A DNA stretch of 64,000 nucleotides from Spirochaetia bacterium (GCA_965199955.1 CBDATQ010000001.1:1920001-1984000), one strand, 5' to 3'. Shown: positions 48,818 to 59,251, counted from the stretch's first letter. The notes: a model not told the origin generated them from the letters alone. A program made the numbers and translations.

Positions 48818-50104
48818 CTACGCGGAGCGCAGGAACTCCGCCAGGCGCGGCGTGTCCAGCGTGCGCGTGAGCCGGAAAGAGCCGGCCGGCCCGTTGGGGT
48901 GGCCCATGTAGATGAAGACGTGCTGCACGCCGGCCGCCGCGTCGACGATCGCGCCCGCGGGATGAAAGCCGTCCCCGTCGCGGTAGAAGCTTCCGCCGCG
49001 GCGGTACAGGGTCCCTTCGAGCCGCCACTCGGCCGATTCCCAGTCGGCAGGGTCGATGCTCCACAGGTCGACGCGCATCGCCTCGCGCTTGGAGCGCACC
49101 ACCTCCAGGCGGCCGGTCACCGGGTTGAAGTCCAGGTCGACCGTGTCGATGCTCCGGCGGTTGCGCATGTTGGTGCGCTGCGTCTCCACCGGGTCGCCCG
49201 GTGCGCGGAAGCGCATCTGCACGTGATCGGTGCCGGTGATCTGGTCGCGGCCGATCACCCACAGGCTGCCGTCGTGGAGCAGGGCGGCCGGCTCGTGCTG
49301 CGCCGCCCAGTCGGGCAGGCGGTGATCGATGCGCTCCCACGACCGCCCGCCGTCGCCGGAGCGAAGCACCACCAGGAACGGGCGGCCGTGGTCGCCGGGA
49401 GCGTCCACGGCGTTCTGGGAGTAGTTCGCGCCCCCGGTGCCGGCCGGCACGTAGCCCACGGTGTTGCCGAAGGCCAGCAGGCCGTGCTCGGGGTGGTCGA
49501 TGATGCGGGGTCCGAGGTAGACGATGTCGCCCGGGGTGGTGTCTTCCCGGAACGGCTCGCTCCGGTGCTCCCAGGTGACGCCTGAGTCCTCGGACCGGAA
49601 CGCGCCGTAGTTGCAGAGCACCACCACCGTGCCGTCGGGGCCAGGTCGGTTGCGAGAGGTGCCGATCGCGTTGAGGTGCAGCTTGTAGCCTTGCTTGCCG
49701 GGATTGAAGGGGCCGAACTTGTAGCGGTGCGACAGCGGCAGCACACCGCCGCGGTTGCGCTCAGGCCCCATCGCGTCGCGCAGGTCGTACGACTCGGTCC
49801 AGGTGGCGCCGCCGTCGGTCGAGCGGGTCGCCATGGAGAAGGTCGAGTCGGCGCCGCCGCGGCCCGCGCCCTTGGGGTTGTGGCCGGGGATGCGGCGGTG
49901 GATGACGACGATGGCGTCTCCCGCTACGGACGCCACCGGCCAGCCCATGTGGTCGTTGTCGCCGAGCGGATTCACCGGCAGCACCACGGGCGCCAACTCC
50001 ATGAGCCCTTCGGCCCGTGCGCGCTCCAGCAGCGACATCTGCTCCGGCGAGGCGGCCATGATGCGGCGTTCCAGATCAGCGGCACCGTCGGTCGTCCGTG
50101 TCAT
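48818..50104 (-). CDS. BNR/Asp-box sialidase-like protein
   Basis: Asp-boxes STDGGATW, SEDSGVTW and SGDGGRSW. Confidence 0.7.
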   Translation of the reverse strand: MTRTTDGAADLERRIMAASPEQMSLLERARAEGLMELAPVVLPVNPLGDNDHMGWPVASVAGDAIVVIHRRIPGHNPKGAGRGGADSTFSMATRSTDGGATWTESYDLRDAMGPERNRGGVLPLSHRYKFGPFNPGKQGYKLHLNAIGTSRNRPGPDGTVVVLCNYGAFRSEDSGVTWEHRSEPFREDTTPGDIVYLGPRIIDHPEHGLLAFGNTVGYVPAGTGGANYSQNAVDAPGDHGRPFLVVLRSGDGGRSWERIDHRLPDWAAQHEPAALLHDGSLWVIGRDQITGTDHVQMRFRAPGDPVETQRTNMRNRRSIDTVDLDFNPVTGRLEVVRSKREAMRVDLWSIDPADWESAEWRLEGTLYRRGGSFYRDGDGFHPAGAIVDAAAGVQHVFIYMGHPNGPAGSFRLTRTLDTPRLAEFLRSA

Positions 50105-50157
50105 GCGCCGATCTTATCAGCTATGTCTCGGGTCCGAACGTGCCGATAGGCTAGAAC

Positions 50158-50532
50158 ATGAAGTTCCGCGGGACACTGCTTGCGGGGATCGTGTGGTGTC
50201 TGGCGGTCGCCGGCTGTGCGACCTGGATGGCGCCGGAGGAGCAGTTGGGCGTCGCGTCCTGGTACGGGCCGGGATTCCACGGCAACAAGACCGCGAACGG
50301 AGAGATCTACGACATGCACGCGCGCACCGCCGCGCACCGCACGCTGCCGTTCGGGACGCTCGTGCGGGTGACCCGGCTGGACACCGGCGCATCCACGGTC
50401 GTGCGCATCAATGACCGGGGCCCGCACGTTGCGGGCCGCGTCATCGACCTGTCGAATGCCACAGCCAACGAGCTGGACATGGTGAAGGCCGGCGTCGCGC
50501 GGGTCAGGCTCGACATCATTCACCTGCCCTGA
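50158..50532 (+). CDS. rlpA: Septal ring lytic transglycosylase RlpA family lipoprotein
   Basis: Lipobox VAGC; ASWYG..TANGE..TAAHRTLPFGT..RINDRGP..IDLS. Confidence 0.93.
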   Translation: MKFRGTLLAGIVWCLAVAGCATWMAPEEQLGVASWYGPGFHGNKTANGEIYDMHARTAAHRTLPFGTLVRVTRLDTGASTVVRINDRGPHVAGRVIDLSNATANELDMVKAGVARVRLDIIHLP

Positions 50533-50536
50533 GGGC

Positions 50537-50572
50537 AAAGAAAACCGCGCCCCGCTCGGAGCGAGGCGCGGT
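50537..50572 (-). terminator. Intrinsic terminator downstream of the carbohydrate substrate-binding protein gene
   Basis: ACCGCGCC...GGCGCGGT stem with inner GCT/AGC pairing, flanked by AAAGAAAA on the plus strand (U-tract on the minus strand). Confidence 0.75.
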
Positions 50573-50595
50573 GATCACGTGAGTCGGATCGGCGT

Positions 50596-52278
50596 TTAGA
50601 AGAAGTCCGACCAGCGCGGCATCTTGGCGATCTCCGCCATCAGCTCGTCGCCGCCGGCTTCCATCCATCGAGCGACGTAGTCGTCCCACTCCGCGTCGAT
50701 GTCGATCTCGCCGGTGACCCCCTTGGCGAAGAACTCGGCGGTCATGGTCTGCAGCGCCTCGCCGCGGCGCCCCGACACCTCGCGGAAGTCGGTCTCGTTG
50801 AAGAGGTCGAAGTACTCGGTGGCGAACGTCTGGCCCTGCACGCGGTCGCCGAACAGGTGGTTGAGGATCCAGTCCGTCTGCTGCGGGGGATAGGTGAACG
50901 CGAAGCTCTCCACCGGGCTGTAGTTCGGGTAGTTGGTGGGGAAGCCACCGCGCCCCGCGGCGCCCTCGGGCCGCTGGTCGGCCGGGATCCGCCGCGTCTG
51001 CGACTTGTACGGCTCGCCCGCCCACTCCCAGTGGACGCCTTCCTCGCCGTGGTTGTACTCCCACTGGATCCACAGGTCGATGCCCTCGTTCGTGCCGTCG
51101 TTGAGCCGGTACTTGGTGTTGACGATCTCCATGATCCGAGCCGTCTTGGCGTCGTCGAGGTTCTTGTTCATCACCTCCACCTGTCCGCGCACATACGAGG
51201 TGCCGTACATGGGGGCGAACTGCTCGCCGCGCGGTCCGAGCGGCGCGAACATCACCAGCTCGACGCCGTTGGCCACGTCCTCGTCCGAGATCAGGTTGTC
51301 CGGCGGCCGCGCCGGCACCCGGCCGACGTAGTTGTAGTTGGAGTTGTAGACCCCGAACGCGCCGGTCGCCGCCTTCTCCCAGCTCGCGCCGCGATCGATG
51401 GTGAAGAACTCGCTGTCGATCAGGCCCATGTCCCACCAGCGCGCCACCAGCTCCGTGAACTCCTTGAAGCGCGGGCTGACGTGGGCGATGTACAGCTCGC
51501 CGTCGACGTAGTGGTTGCGGTCCAGTACCATGTTCGGCACGCCGAGCGCCCCTAGGATCGCCCCCCACGGCCACGCACCATAGGGGCCGCCGAGCGTGTA
51601 TGCGCCGTACGGGATCGTGTCGTTCTGGCCGTTGCCGTCCGGATCGCCGTCCCGGTAGGCGACCAGCAGGTTCTCCAGCCAGTCCAGCGTCAGCGCGTCG
51701 TTCTCGTAGTAGTGGATGCCGCGCGCCAGGAAGGTCTTGGTCGCGTCGTAGTCGGGCAGCTCCACGCCCAGCGCGTCCAGCCAGTCCTTGCGGGTGAACA
51801 GGTGGAACACCGACGCCATCGAGCTCTCGGCGATGGCGCCCATCGCCATCTGCTCGCCTTCCATGTCCGACGCGGCGTAGATCGTCCAGATCGCCGGATA
51901 GCGCTCGTCCATGGCGCGCGCGTAGTCGGGCGCGTAGGTACGCAGCATCTCCTCCGGCAGGCTGCGGATCACCTGGTCCTCGTACAGCGTCAGCGTGTTC
52001 AGACAGCACGGCGCCCCGGTGTCCGGGAACTCGCCGGCGGCCACGATGATGCGCTCGCGCTCGCCGTCGAAGCGGGCGGTGCCGTCCAGCGTGATCGTCA
52101 CGTTGAACATCTCCTCGAGCTGGCCGATCCACCACGACTCGTCGGGCGAGTCGCCCAGCCAGGTGATCTCCAGGTGAGCGTCCTCGGCGGCGGCCATCTC
52201 CACTTCGCCCGTTGCCAGCAGAGCCGCGGGAACGGCCAGGGCCAGCATCAGCGCGATCGCTACGGTTCTGTGTCGCAT
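50596..52278 (-). CDS. Carbohydrate ABC transporter substrate-binding protein
   Basis: Signal peptide, RKDWLDALG, DPDGNGQNDTIP and GEIDIDAEWDDYVARW..GG; GGAGG RBS. Confidence 0.88.
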   Translation of the reverse strand: MRHRTVAIALMLALAVPAALLATGEVEMAAAEDAHLEITWLGDSPDESWWIGQLEEMFNVTITLDGTARFDGERERIIVAAGEFPDTGAPCCLNTLTLYEDQVIRSLPEEMLRTYAPDYARAMDERYPAIWTIYAASDMEGEQMAMGAIAESSMASVFHLFTRKDWLDALGVELPDYDATKTFLARGIHYYENDALTLDWLENLLVAYRDGDPDGNGQNDTIPYGAYTLGGPYGAWPWGAILGALGVPNMVLDRNHYVDGELYIAHVSPRFKEFTELVARWWDMGLIDSEFFTIDRGASWEKAATGAFGVYNSNYNYVGRVPARPPDNLISDEDVANGVELVMFAPLGPRGEQFAPMYGTSYVRGQVEVMNKNLDDAKTARIMEIVNTKYRLNDGTNEGIDLWIQWEYNHGEEGVHWEWAGEPYKSQTRRIPADQRPEGAAGRGGFPTNYPNYSPVESFAFTYPPQQTDWILNHLFGDRVQGQTFATEYFDLFNETDFREVSGRRGEALQTMTAEFFAKGVTGEIDIDAEWDDYVARWMEAGGDELMAEIAKMPRWSDFF

Positions 52279-52370
52279 CTGTAATCCTCCTGTCGATGCG
52301 GGTGTGTGCCGGCCTGGGCGGCCGGCGTGTAACGTCGTTGCGTTCCGGCTCTCATGCTACAGGGAATCGC

Positions 52371-53309
52371 TCAGCCTTTCAGCGAGCCGATGAAGATGCC
52401 CTTGACCATGTGCCGCTGGATGAAGGGGTAGAGCAGGATGATCGGCCCGATGGTCAGCACCGTGATCGCGGCGCGCACAGACGGCAGCGGCAGCAGGTCG
52501 ACCTCCTCCTCGAACGACGCCATCTCCAGGCGCACGGCGGTCATGTCCTGCAGCATGCGGCGCAGCAGGAACTGCAGCACGTGCTTGTCGCGGCTCTTGG
52601 TGAAGAGCATGGCATGGAACCACTCGCCCCAGTGACTGACCGACGCCCACAACACCACCACGGCGATGACCGGCGCGGACAGCGGCACGACGATGCGGGC
52701 CAGCACCTGCAGGTAGTTGGCGCCGTCGATCAGGGCCGCCTCCTCGTAGGCCAGGTCCAGGGTCATCAGGAAGTTGCGCATGATCACGATGTACCAGCCC
52801 TGAACCATCACCGGGAGCACCAGCGCCAGCCGCGTGTCCATCAGGCCCAGCTTGCGCACCAGGATGTAGAGAGGGATCAGGCCGCCGCCGAAGAACAGGG
52901 TGATCACGACGTACAGCGTCAGCACCGTCCGTCCCGGCAGGTCGCGCTTGGACAGCGGATAGGCCATCAGCAGGGTGCAGGCCAGGGTGAGCACGGTGCC
53001 AAGCACGACCCGCAGGATGGAGTTGAGGTAGCCGACGCGGACGTTGCCGTAGCTGGAGACCGAATACTGGTAGGCGTAGGTCGACCAGTTGTCGTTCCAG
53101 AACTTGAATCCCAGGTGCACCAGCTCCTGCGGGCCGGCGAAGGAGGTCAGGATCAGCCGCCAGAAGGGGTAGACGATGGTGAAGCAGAACAGCAGCAGTA
53201 CCGTCACGTTCAGAACGCTGAAGGCCGACTCGCCGAGCGTGCGTCGCCGCAGCCAGGAGCCGCCGCGGCCGACGGCGGGAGCCCGCGGCGTCAGCTCACC
53301 AGATGCCAT
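52371..53309 (-). CDS. Carbohydrate ABC transporter permease
   Basis: EEAALIDGA EAA loop, FGGGLIPLY and YPFIQRHMVKG..GSLKG. Confidence 0.93.
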   Translation of the reverse strand: MASGELTPRAPAVGRGGSWLRRRTLGESAFSVLNVTVLLLFCFTIVYPFWRLILTSFAGPQELVHLGFKFWNDNWSTYAYQYSVSSYGNVRVGYLNSILRVVLGTVLTLACTLLMAYPLSKRDLPGRTVLTLYVVITLFFGGGLIPLYILVRKLGLMDTRLALVLPVMVQGWYIVIMRNFLMTLDLAYEEAALIDGANYLQVLARIVVPLSAPVIAVVVLWASVSHWGEWFHAMLFTKSRDKHVLQFLLRRMLQDMTAVRLEMASFEEEVDLLPLPSVRAAITVLTIGPIILLYPFIQRHMVKGIFIGSLKG

Positions 53310-54273
53310 ACTGGTTGTACCGCTTGATGATCAGGTTGGCGCCCACCAGGAGCGTCACGCCGATCAAGCTCTTGAACAAGCCGACTGCGGCGCCGAGGCC
53401 GAACTCGCCGCGCAATATGCCGACCCGGTACTCGTAGGTATCCAGGATGTCGGCCACCTCGTAGACCAGGGGGTGGTAGAGATTGAATATCTGGTCGAAG
53501 CCGGCGTTGAGCAGCCGCCCGATCTGGAAGATGAAGACCACGGTGATCACCGGCACCAGGGACGGCAGCGTGATGTGCCAGGCGATGCGCACGCGGCCGG
53601 CGCCGTCCAGGGCGGCCACCTCGTACAGCTCCGGATCGATGGTGGAGATCGCCGCGAAGTAGATGATGCTGCCCCAGCCGATCGCCTGCCAGATGTGCGT
53701 GACCACCAGCATCGCCCGGAAGAACTCGGGGTCGGCCAGCAGGTCGGGCACCCGTTCGGCGCCCAGCAGGTGCGCGAAGAAGAAGGGGACGCCGCGCTGC
53801 GGGGAGAGCAGCTCCTCGATGATGCCGGCCAGTACCACCCACGACATGAAGTGGGGCAGGTAGGAGATCGACTGGATGGTGCGCTTGAGCGAGGACGTGC
53901 GGACCTCATTGATCAGGATCGCCAGCAGGATCGGCGCCGGGAAGGCGAAGACGATCTTGAGGACGCTGATGATGACGCTGTTGCGCACGATCCGCGGGAA
54001 GAACGGGTCGGTGAACAGGTCGCGGAAGTGCTGGAAGTCGTTCCAGGGGCTGCCAAGGATCCCGAGGTGGTACCGGAAGTCCTTGAAGGCGATCAGGATC
54101 CCGTAGATGGGGATGTAGTGGAAGACGAACAGCGCGGCGACCGGAATAACGCAGAACCCGTAGAGCATCAGGTAGCGGCGCGCCCTGCGGAGGCGCTCGC
54201 TGCGCAGCGCGCGAAGGGTCCTGCGGTCGAGGGTGCTGGCCGTGCTCATGACGGGAGGGGAGGGCGGATCCAC
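53296..54273 (-). CDS. Carbohydrate ABC transporter permease (LplB-like)
   Basis: YLPHFMSWVV, GWGSIIY and IDPELYEVAALDGA; start could be 54249. Confidence 0.92.
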   Translation of the reverse strand: MDPPSPPVMSTASTLDRRTLRALRSERLRRARRYLMLYGFCVIPVAALFVFHYIPIYGILIAFKDFRYHLGILGSPWNDFQHFRDLFTDPFFPRIVRNSVIISVLKIVFAFPAPILLAILINEVRTSSLKRTIQSISYLPHFMSWVVLAGIIEELLSPQRGVPFFFAHLLGAERVPDLLADPEFFRAMLVVTHIWQAIGWGSIIYFAAISTIDPELYEVAALDGAGRVRIAWHITLPSLVPVITVVFIFQIGRLLNAGFDQIFNLYHPLVYEVADILDTYEYRVGILRGEFGLGAAVGLFKSLIGVTLLVGANLIIKRYNQYGIW

Positions 54274-54354
54274 CCTTTCTACGGGCGTGCGCCGGTACTG
54301 TCAATACGGGTTGCGTCTGGCATGCGTGTCCGCGGTCGGGTACGGTTGCCCGCG

Positions 54355-55017
54355 ATGACGGAATCGGAGTGGTGGCGGCTGCTGCCCGAGGAGTGGCGCG
54401 AACGTCCCGAATTCGCCTGGGTCGCCGACGATCCCGCGCTGCCGCGCGTGCTGCTGCTGGGTGACTCGATCTCGATGTCCTACACGGCGGCGGTGCGCCG
54501 GCTGCTGGCCGGCGAGGCCTGCGTGCATCGCGCGCCGGCCAACTGCCGGTCGACCCGCAGCAGCCTGGCCGAGCTGGACGGCTGGCTCGACGACGGCCGG
54601 TGGCGGGTCATCCACTGCAACTGGGGCATCCACGACATCACCCAGGTGCAGGCGGCTGGCATCCAGCAGGTCGGGATCGAGGAGTACGAGCACAACCTGG
54701 AATCGCTGTTCGACCGGCTGGCGGCGACCGGCGCGGCGCTGATCTGGGCGACCACGACGCCGGTTCAGGAGGGCACGCCGTCGCGATCGCCCGCCGACGT
54801 GGTGCGCTACAACCAGGCCGCCGCCCGTATCGTCGCGGCGCGCGGGATCGGCGTCGACGATCTCTACGCGCTGGCGCTGCCTCGCATGACCGAGCTGCAG
54901 CCGCCGCGCAACGTCCATTTCACCGATGCCGGCGCCGAGGTGCTGGCCGCCCAGGTGGTGCGCTCGATACGGGACGCGCTGGAGGCGACGTCAACGAATA
55001 TGGGAGGAATCACGTGA
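54355..55017 (+). CDS. SGNH/GDSL hydrolase
   Basis: LLGDSIS, NWGIHD, WATTTP and NVHFT. Confidence 0.9.
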   Translation: MTESEWWRLLPEEWRERPEFAWVADDPALPRVLLLGDSISMSYTAAVRRLLAGEACVHRAPANCRSTRSSLAELDGWLDDGRWRVIHCNWGIHDITQVQAAGIQQVGIEEYEHNLESLFDRLAATGAALIWATTTPVQEGTPSRSPADVVRYNQAAARIVAARGIGVDDLYALALPRMTELQPPRNVHFTDAGAEVLAAQVVRSIRDALEATSTNMGGIT

Positions 55018-55784
55018 ACGACCTCAGAATCGGCGCGCAGCTCTTTACCGTGCGCGGCCACACCGACACCGCCGCCGACGTGGCGGAGACCTTCGCCAAG
55101 GTTCGCGCCGCCGGGTACTCCGGCGTGCAGGTGTCAGCCTTCGGTCCGGTCGACCCGGCCGACGTGGCGCGACTGGCAGGCGAGCATGGCCTGGAGATCG
55201 CGGCCACGCACTTCGGGTGGGACGAGTTCCTCACCGAGACCGATCGCATGATCGACATCCACCAGCGATGGGGGTGCCGGCACGCCGCCATCGGCGGCCT
55301 GCCGGAGGAGTACCGCGAAGCCGGTGGGATAGCGCGCTTCGCCGCGGAGCTGGGACCGGTCGCCGAGCGGCTGGCCGCGGCCGGCATCGACTTCTCCTAC
55401 CACAACCACAATCACGAGCTGGTTCGATCCGGCAGCCGCACCTGGCTGGCCGAGCTGTACGACGGGGTGTCGGCGGAGGCGCTGAAGGCGGAGCTGGACG
55501 TCTACTGGCTGGTGGCCGGCGGTGCCGACCCGGTGCAGTGGATCGACGATCTGCGCGGCCGGCAGACCATCGTCCATTTCAAGGACATGGCTATGGCGCC
55601 GGACCGCACGCAGCGCTTCGCGGAGGTCGGCGAGGGCAACCTCAACTGGCCGAAGATCGTGGCCGCGTGTCGGGTAGCGGAAATCGAGTGGGCGTTCGTG
55701 GAGCAGGACGACTGCTACGGCCAGGACCCGTTCTCTTGCCTGAAGACAAGTTACCGCAACCTGCGCGCCCTGGGGCTCACCTGA
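55014..55784 (+). CDS. Sugar phosphate isomerase/epimerase (AP endonuclease 2 TIM barrel)
   Basis: AQLFTVR, YHNHNHE, ELDVYW, HFKD, EVGEG and VEQD; GGAGG RBS. Confidence 0.9.
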   Translation: MNDLRIGAQLFTVRGHTDTAADVAETFAKVRAAGYSGVQVSAFGPVDPADVARLAGEHGLEIAATHFGWDEFLTETDRMIDIHQRWGCRHAAIGGLPEEYREAGGIARFAAELGPVAERLAAAGIDFSYHNHNHELVRSGSRTWLAELYDGVSAEALKAELDVYWLVAGGADPVQWIDDLRGRQTIVHFKDMAMAPDRTQRFAEVGEGNLNWPKIVAACRVAEIEWAFVEQDDCYGQDPFSCLKTSYRNLRALGLT

Positions 55785-55788
55785 CCGG

Positions 55789-57432
55789 CTACTTCCGGTA
55801 GTAGCGCGCCACTGTCTCCTCGACCTTAGTCTTGGCCTCGATCAGCGCCGGGCGGCCGCTCCGGTTGACCTCGGCGGCGCGCCGGATCGCGGGGCCGAGC
55901 TGATCCGGGGTCGTGACCACCTCCGCGTGGGCGCCCAGCCCCTCGGCGATCTTGGCGTAGTCACCGCCCAGGGCGTTGGTGCCGTAATGCTCGCTGGTGT
56001 AGGGCATGTAGCTGTCGTAGTGGGTCATGACGCCGTTGTTGAGCACAACGGTCATGATGCCGATGCCGTTTCTCGTCGCGGTCTCGATGTCCAGGCCGGC
56101 CATCCCAAACGCGGCGTCGCCCATCACGTTGACGACCTGCCGCTCGGGCGCCGCCAGCTTGGCGCCCAGCGCCAGGCCGAGCCCGTAGCCGAGCTGCGTG
56201 GACTTGCCCCAGCCGATGTAGGAGTGGGGCGTGTCGGCCGGCCAGAACGGCACGAACTGCTCGCGCGGATAGCCGGAGTCGTGGGTGACGATGGCGTTGC
56301 GCGGGTCGATGGCGCGGGTGAGTTCGGTGAGCACGCGGTAAGGGCTGATCGGCACCTCGTCCGAGCGCAGGTGTGGCGTCCACTCCTTCATGAACTCCGC
56401 TCTGCACGAGGCCACCTCATCGGCCACGCCGTCGCGGCCGGCGGGACCGTCCGGCCCCGCCTGGCGTCGCACCTCATCGAACAACTGCCGCAGCACCAGC
56501 CGGGCGTCGCCGATCGCGCCGTAGTCGATGGCGTGCTCCTTGTTGAGGTCCTCGATGGCGTTGGTGACCTGGGCGAGGGGAACCCCGGACGGCAGCGGTG
56601 CGTTGAACGTGGTGGTGGTGAAGCCGGCGCCGACGCCCAGCACGAAGTCGGCCTGCTTCAGGAAGCGGTGGGCCATCAGCGTGGCGGAGTTGGCGCCGGT
56701 GCCTAGGGCGAGCGCGTGGCTCTCCGGGAAGGCGCTCTTGCCGGCCAGCGTCGTCAGTACCGGGATGCGCGTCAGCTCCGCGAACTCGATCAGCTCCCGG
56801 TACGCTTCCGCGTAGTGGACGCCCTGGCCGACGTACAGGACCGGCGCCTGCGCCTTGAGGAGGGCGGTCACCAGGTCGCGCACGTCGTCCGGGTCGGCGG
56901 TGGAGCGGTGCACCTTGACCGGCCGGTAGTCCAGGTCGTCGCCATACTCGGCGGTGCCCAGGTCGGAGGGGATCTCGACCAGCACCGGCGCGGGCCGGCC
57001 GTGCTTGAGCCGGGTGAACGCCGTGCGGAAGTGGCCGGGAACCTGGGCGGGATCGGCCAGGTAGCCGCACCACTTGGTGATGCCGCCGTAGTTGCTCACC
57101 GCGTCGAAGCCGGGGTGGGCGCCGAACCGGTCCCGCTCGGCTCCGCCGGGGAGCACCAGGAACGGCACGTTGTCCGCGTAACCCTGCGCCACGCCGCCGA
57201 AGGCGTTCTCGGCGCCGGGGCCGCGCTGCATGGTGAACACGCCGATGCGGCGGCCGTTCATGACGCGGCTGTAGCCGTCGGCCATGTTCACGCCCGCCCG
57301 CTCCTGGCGCGTGATGATCGGCCGGATGCCTTCCCTTCCGGCGGCCTCGATCAGGTTCTGCATCGGAAAGGCGGCCATCCACTCCACGCCCTCGGCCTTG
57401 AGGATCTTCGCTATCGCGGCATCACAGTCCAT
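55789..57432 (-). CDS. Thiamine pyrophosphate-binding enzyme (acetolactate synthase-like family)
   Basis: RQERAGVNMADG, GPG and TPP motif GDAAFGM...VLNNG. Confidence 0.9.
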   Translation of the reverse strand: MDCDAAIAKILKAEGVEWMAAFPMQNLIEAAGREGIRPIITRQERAGVNMADGYSRVMNGRRIGVFTMQRGPGAENAFGGVAQGYADNVPFLVLPGGAERDRFGAHPGFDAVSNYGGITKWCGYLADPAQVPGHFRTAFTRLKHGRPAPVLVEIPSDLGTAEYGDDLDYRPVKVHRSTADPDDVRDLVTALLKAQAPVLYVGQGVHYAEAYRELIEFAELTRIPVLTTLAGKSAFPESHALALGTGANSATLMAHRFLKQADFVLGVGAGFTTTTFNAPLPSGVPLAQVTNAIEDLNKEHAIDYGAIGDARLVLRQLFDEVRRQAGPDGPAGRDGVADEVASCRAEFMKEWTPHLRSDEVPISPYRVLTELTRAIDPRNAIVTHDSGYPREQFVPFWPADTPHSYIGWGKSTQLGYGLGLALGAKLAAPERQVVNVMGDAAFGMAGLDIETATRNGIGIMTVVLNNGVMTHYDSYMPYTSEHYGTNALGGDYAKIAEGLGAHAEVVTTPDQLGPAIRRAAEVNRSGRPALIEAKTKVEETVARYYRK

Positions 57433-57806
57433 GCGCGCATGCTACAGGGTCGATCGAGGGTTGTCCGTTCCGGCCGGGGACGATTCGCCTTCGAGTGGGA
57501 TGGTGTTGATCCCGATGCACTCGTGGCGCATCCTCGAATCGGGGTGAGAGCACTCCATGGCCGGAAGAAGCGCGGCAAACCCTGAACGCCGCGTTGGTCG
57601 ACCGATCTCCGCAACCGGCCGCGCTCGGGAGTGCCATCCATGCCCGCTTCGCGCCCCTGGGCGGTGTGGATCTCGATACGCTACCGCGCGAGCCGCTGCG
57701 AGAATCGCCCCGGTTCGACTGAGCCCTCGCGTTGTCGGGCTGCCTGCCGCGAGGTACCGTAGATGCGATTGCTGCGGTGGTGGCGATGGAACCCAAGGAG
57801 GTTCTT

Positions 57807-58052
57807 GTGGACTACAAAGTGCCGCTCGTAATGACTCCGCAACCTGAAGGTGGCTACACCGTGACGTCGCCTTTATTGCCGGAGTTGATCACGGAGGGGG
57901 ATTCCATTCGTGATGCAACGGAGAACGTAAAGGATGCTCTGGCTGCCGTGATCGAGCTTTACGAAGAACTCGGACGATCGCTGCCTGAAACCACACAGGT
58001 ACCCATGAATAGCGGCCCAGTGTGGTTTGAGACCGTGATTTCCACTGCGTGA
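57807..58052 (+). CDS. hicB: HicB family antitoxin (short, no DNA-binding domain)
   Basis: EGGYTVTSPLLPELITEGDS..A..N..DAL; AAGGAGG RBS before GTG. Confidence 0.88.
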   Translation: MDYKVPLVMTPQPEGGYTVTSPLLPELITEGDSIRDATENVKDALAAVIELYEELGRSLPETTQVPMNSGPVWFETVISTA

Positions 58053-58261
58053 GGTATCGGGAGGCTGCGCGCAAGCTGACGCTGCTCGGATGCCAGGAAC
58101 GTGAGCGACGGGGTGGCGGGTCTCATCGCAAGTGGTATAATCCCGATTCTCAACGAGCCGCGGTGCTTCCAGATTGGGGTAGCCGCGATCTGAAGGTGGG
58201 AACGGTTCGCGCTGCACTTCGACAGTTGGACATCGATTGGCAAGACTTTCGGAATGCGTAG
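58049..58261 (+). CDS. hicA: HicA family toxin
   Basis: RGGGSHRKW..P..RDLKVGTVRA; GTGA overlap with hicB. Confidence 0.88.
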   Translation: MRYREAARKLTLLGCQERERRGGGSHRKWYNPDSQRAAVLPDWGSRDLKVGTVRAALRQLDIDWQDFRNA

Positions 58262-58293
58262 GTCACGCTGGGAGTCGCCCTTCACGTGACGCG

Positions 58294-59244
58294 ATGAACG
58301 CGCAGTCGGCGCTGGCTCGGGAGCCGGCAGCGGTGGTGGTGATCGGCAGCTACCTGGTGGCGCTGGTGATCGAGGTGGAGCGCTTTCCCGCCGTCGGCGA
58401 GACCGTGAACGGCGGCGGCTACTTCGAAACCCATGGCGGCAAGGGCTCCAACATGGCGGTGCAGGCGGCCCGCCTCGGTGCGCACTGCGTGTTCGTGGGC
58501 CGGGTCGGTGACGACGCACGCGGGCAGGCGTTCCGCGCCATGCTGGCCGGCGAGGGTGTGGGCACCGATCACCTGCACCTGCAGGATGAGGTCGTCACCG
58601 GGGTCGGCTTCGTGCTGCTCGGCCCCGGCGGTCAGAACATGATCGCCATCGACCGCGGCGCCAACGCGCAGTTCTCGACTGCTGACGTGGACCGCGCCGC
58701 GGGTGCGATGCAGCCTCCGGCAACGGTGCTCGCCCAGCTCGAGATCCCGCTCGCCATCGCCATGCGCGGCATGCAACGCGGCCGTGAGGCGGGCTGCACC
58801 ACCATCCTCAATCCGGCGCCGGCCCAGGACCTGTCGGCCCACGATCTGTCGAACGTGTCGGTGATCACCCCGAACGAGACCGAGGCGCGCGCATGCCTGG
58901 GCCTGGGAGCGGGCGAGCGCGCCGACGAGGAAGCGCTGGGCCGCTGCCTGCTGGAACGCGGCTGCGGGGCCGCGCTGCTCACGCTCGGCGAGCGCGGCTG
59001 CCTGTGCGTCACAGCCGACGGCAGCGAGCACATCCCCGGCTTCGCGATCCCGGAAGTGGTCGACACCACCGGCGCCGGCGACGCCTTCAACGCTGCGCTC
59101 GCGGTCGCTCTGGCCGAGGGACGCGTGCTGCGGGAGGCTGCTCGTTTCGCCAACGCCGCCGCGGCGCTGTGCTGTACGACGCTCGCGACGCTTCCCTCCT
59201 ACCGCCGCCGCGCGGAGGTGTATGCCTTCATCGAGGAACAGTAA
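58294..59244 (+). CDS. Ribokinase-like PfkB family kinase
   Basis: GGKGSNMA, LAQLE, LNPAP, PNETE and DTTGAGDAF. Confidence 0.9.
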   Translation: MNAQSALAREPAAVVVIGSYLVALVIEVERFPAVGETVNGGGYFETHGGKGSNMAVQAARLGAHCVFVGRVGDDARGQAFRAMLAGEGVGTDHLHLQDEVVTGVGFVLLGPGGQNMIAIDRGANAQFSTADVDRAAGAMQPPATVLAQLEIPLAIAMRGMQRGREAGCTTILNPAPAQDLSAHDLSNVSVITPNETEARACLGLGAGERADEEALGRCLLERGCGAALLTLGERGCLCVTADGSEHIPGFAIPEVVDTTGAGDAFNAALAVALAEGRVLREAARFANAAAALCCTTLATLPSYRRRAEVYAFIEEQ

Positions 59245-59251
59245 TTCCGGT

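Noticed and set aside
50596..54273. Carbohydrate ABC system lacking an ATPase gene
   Set aside because: Common; such systems share a MalK/MsiK-type ATPase encoded elsewhere.
57433..57800. Region upstream of the TPP enzyme as a possible TPP riboswitch
   Set aside because: The CTGAGA and associated thi-box consensus was not found in the sense orientation.
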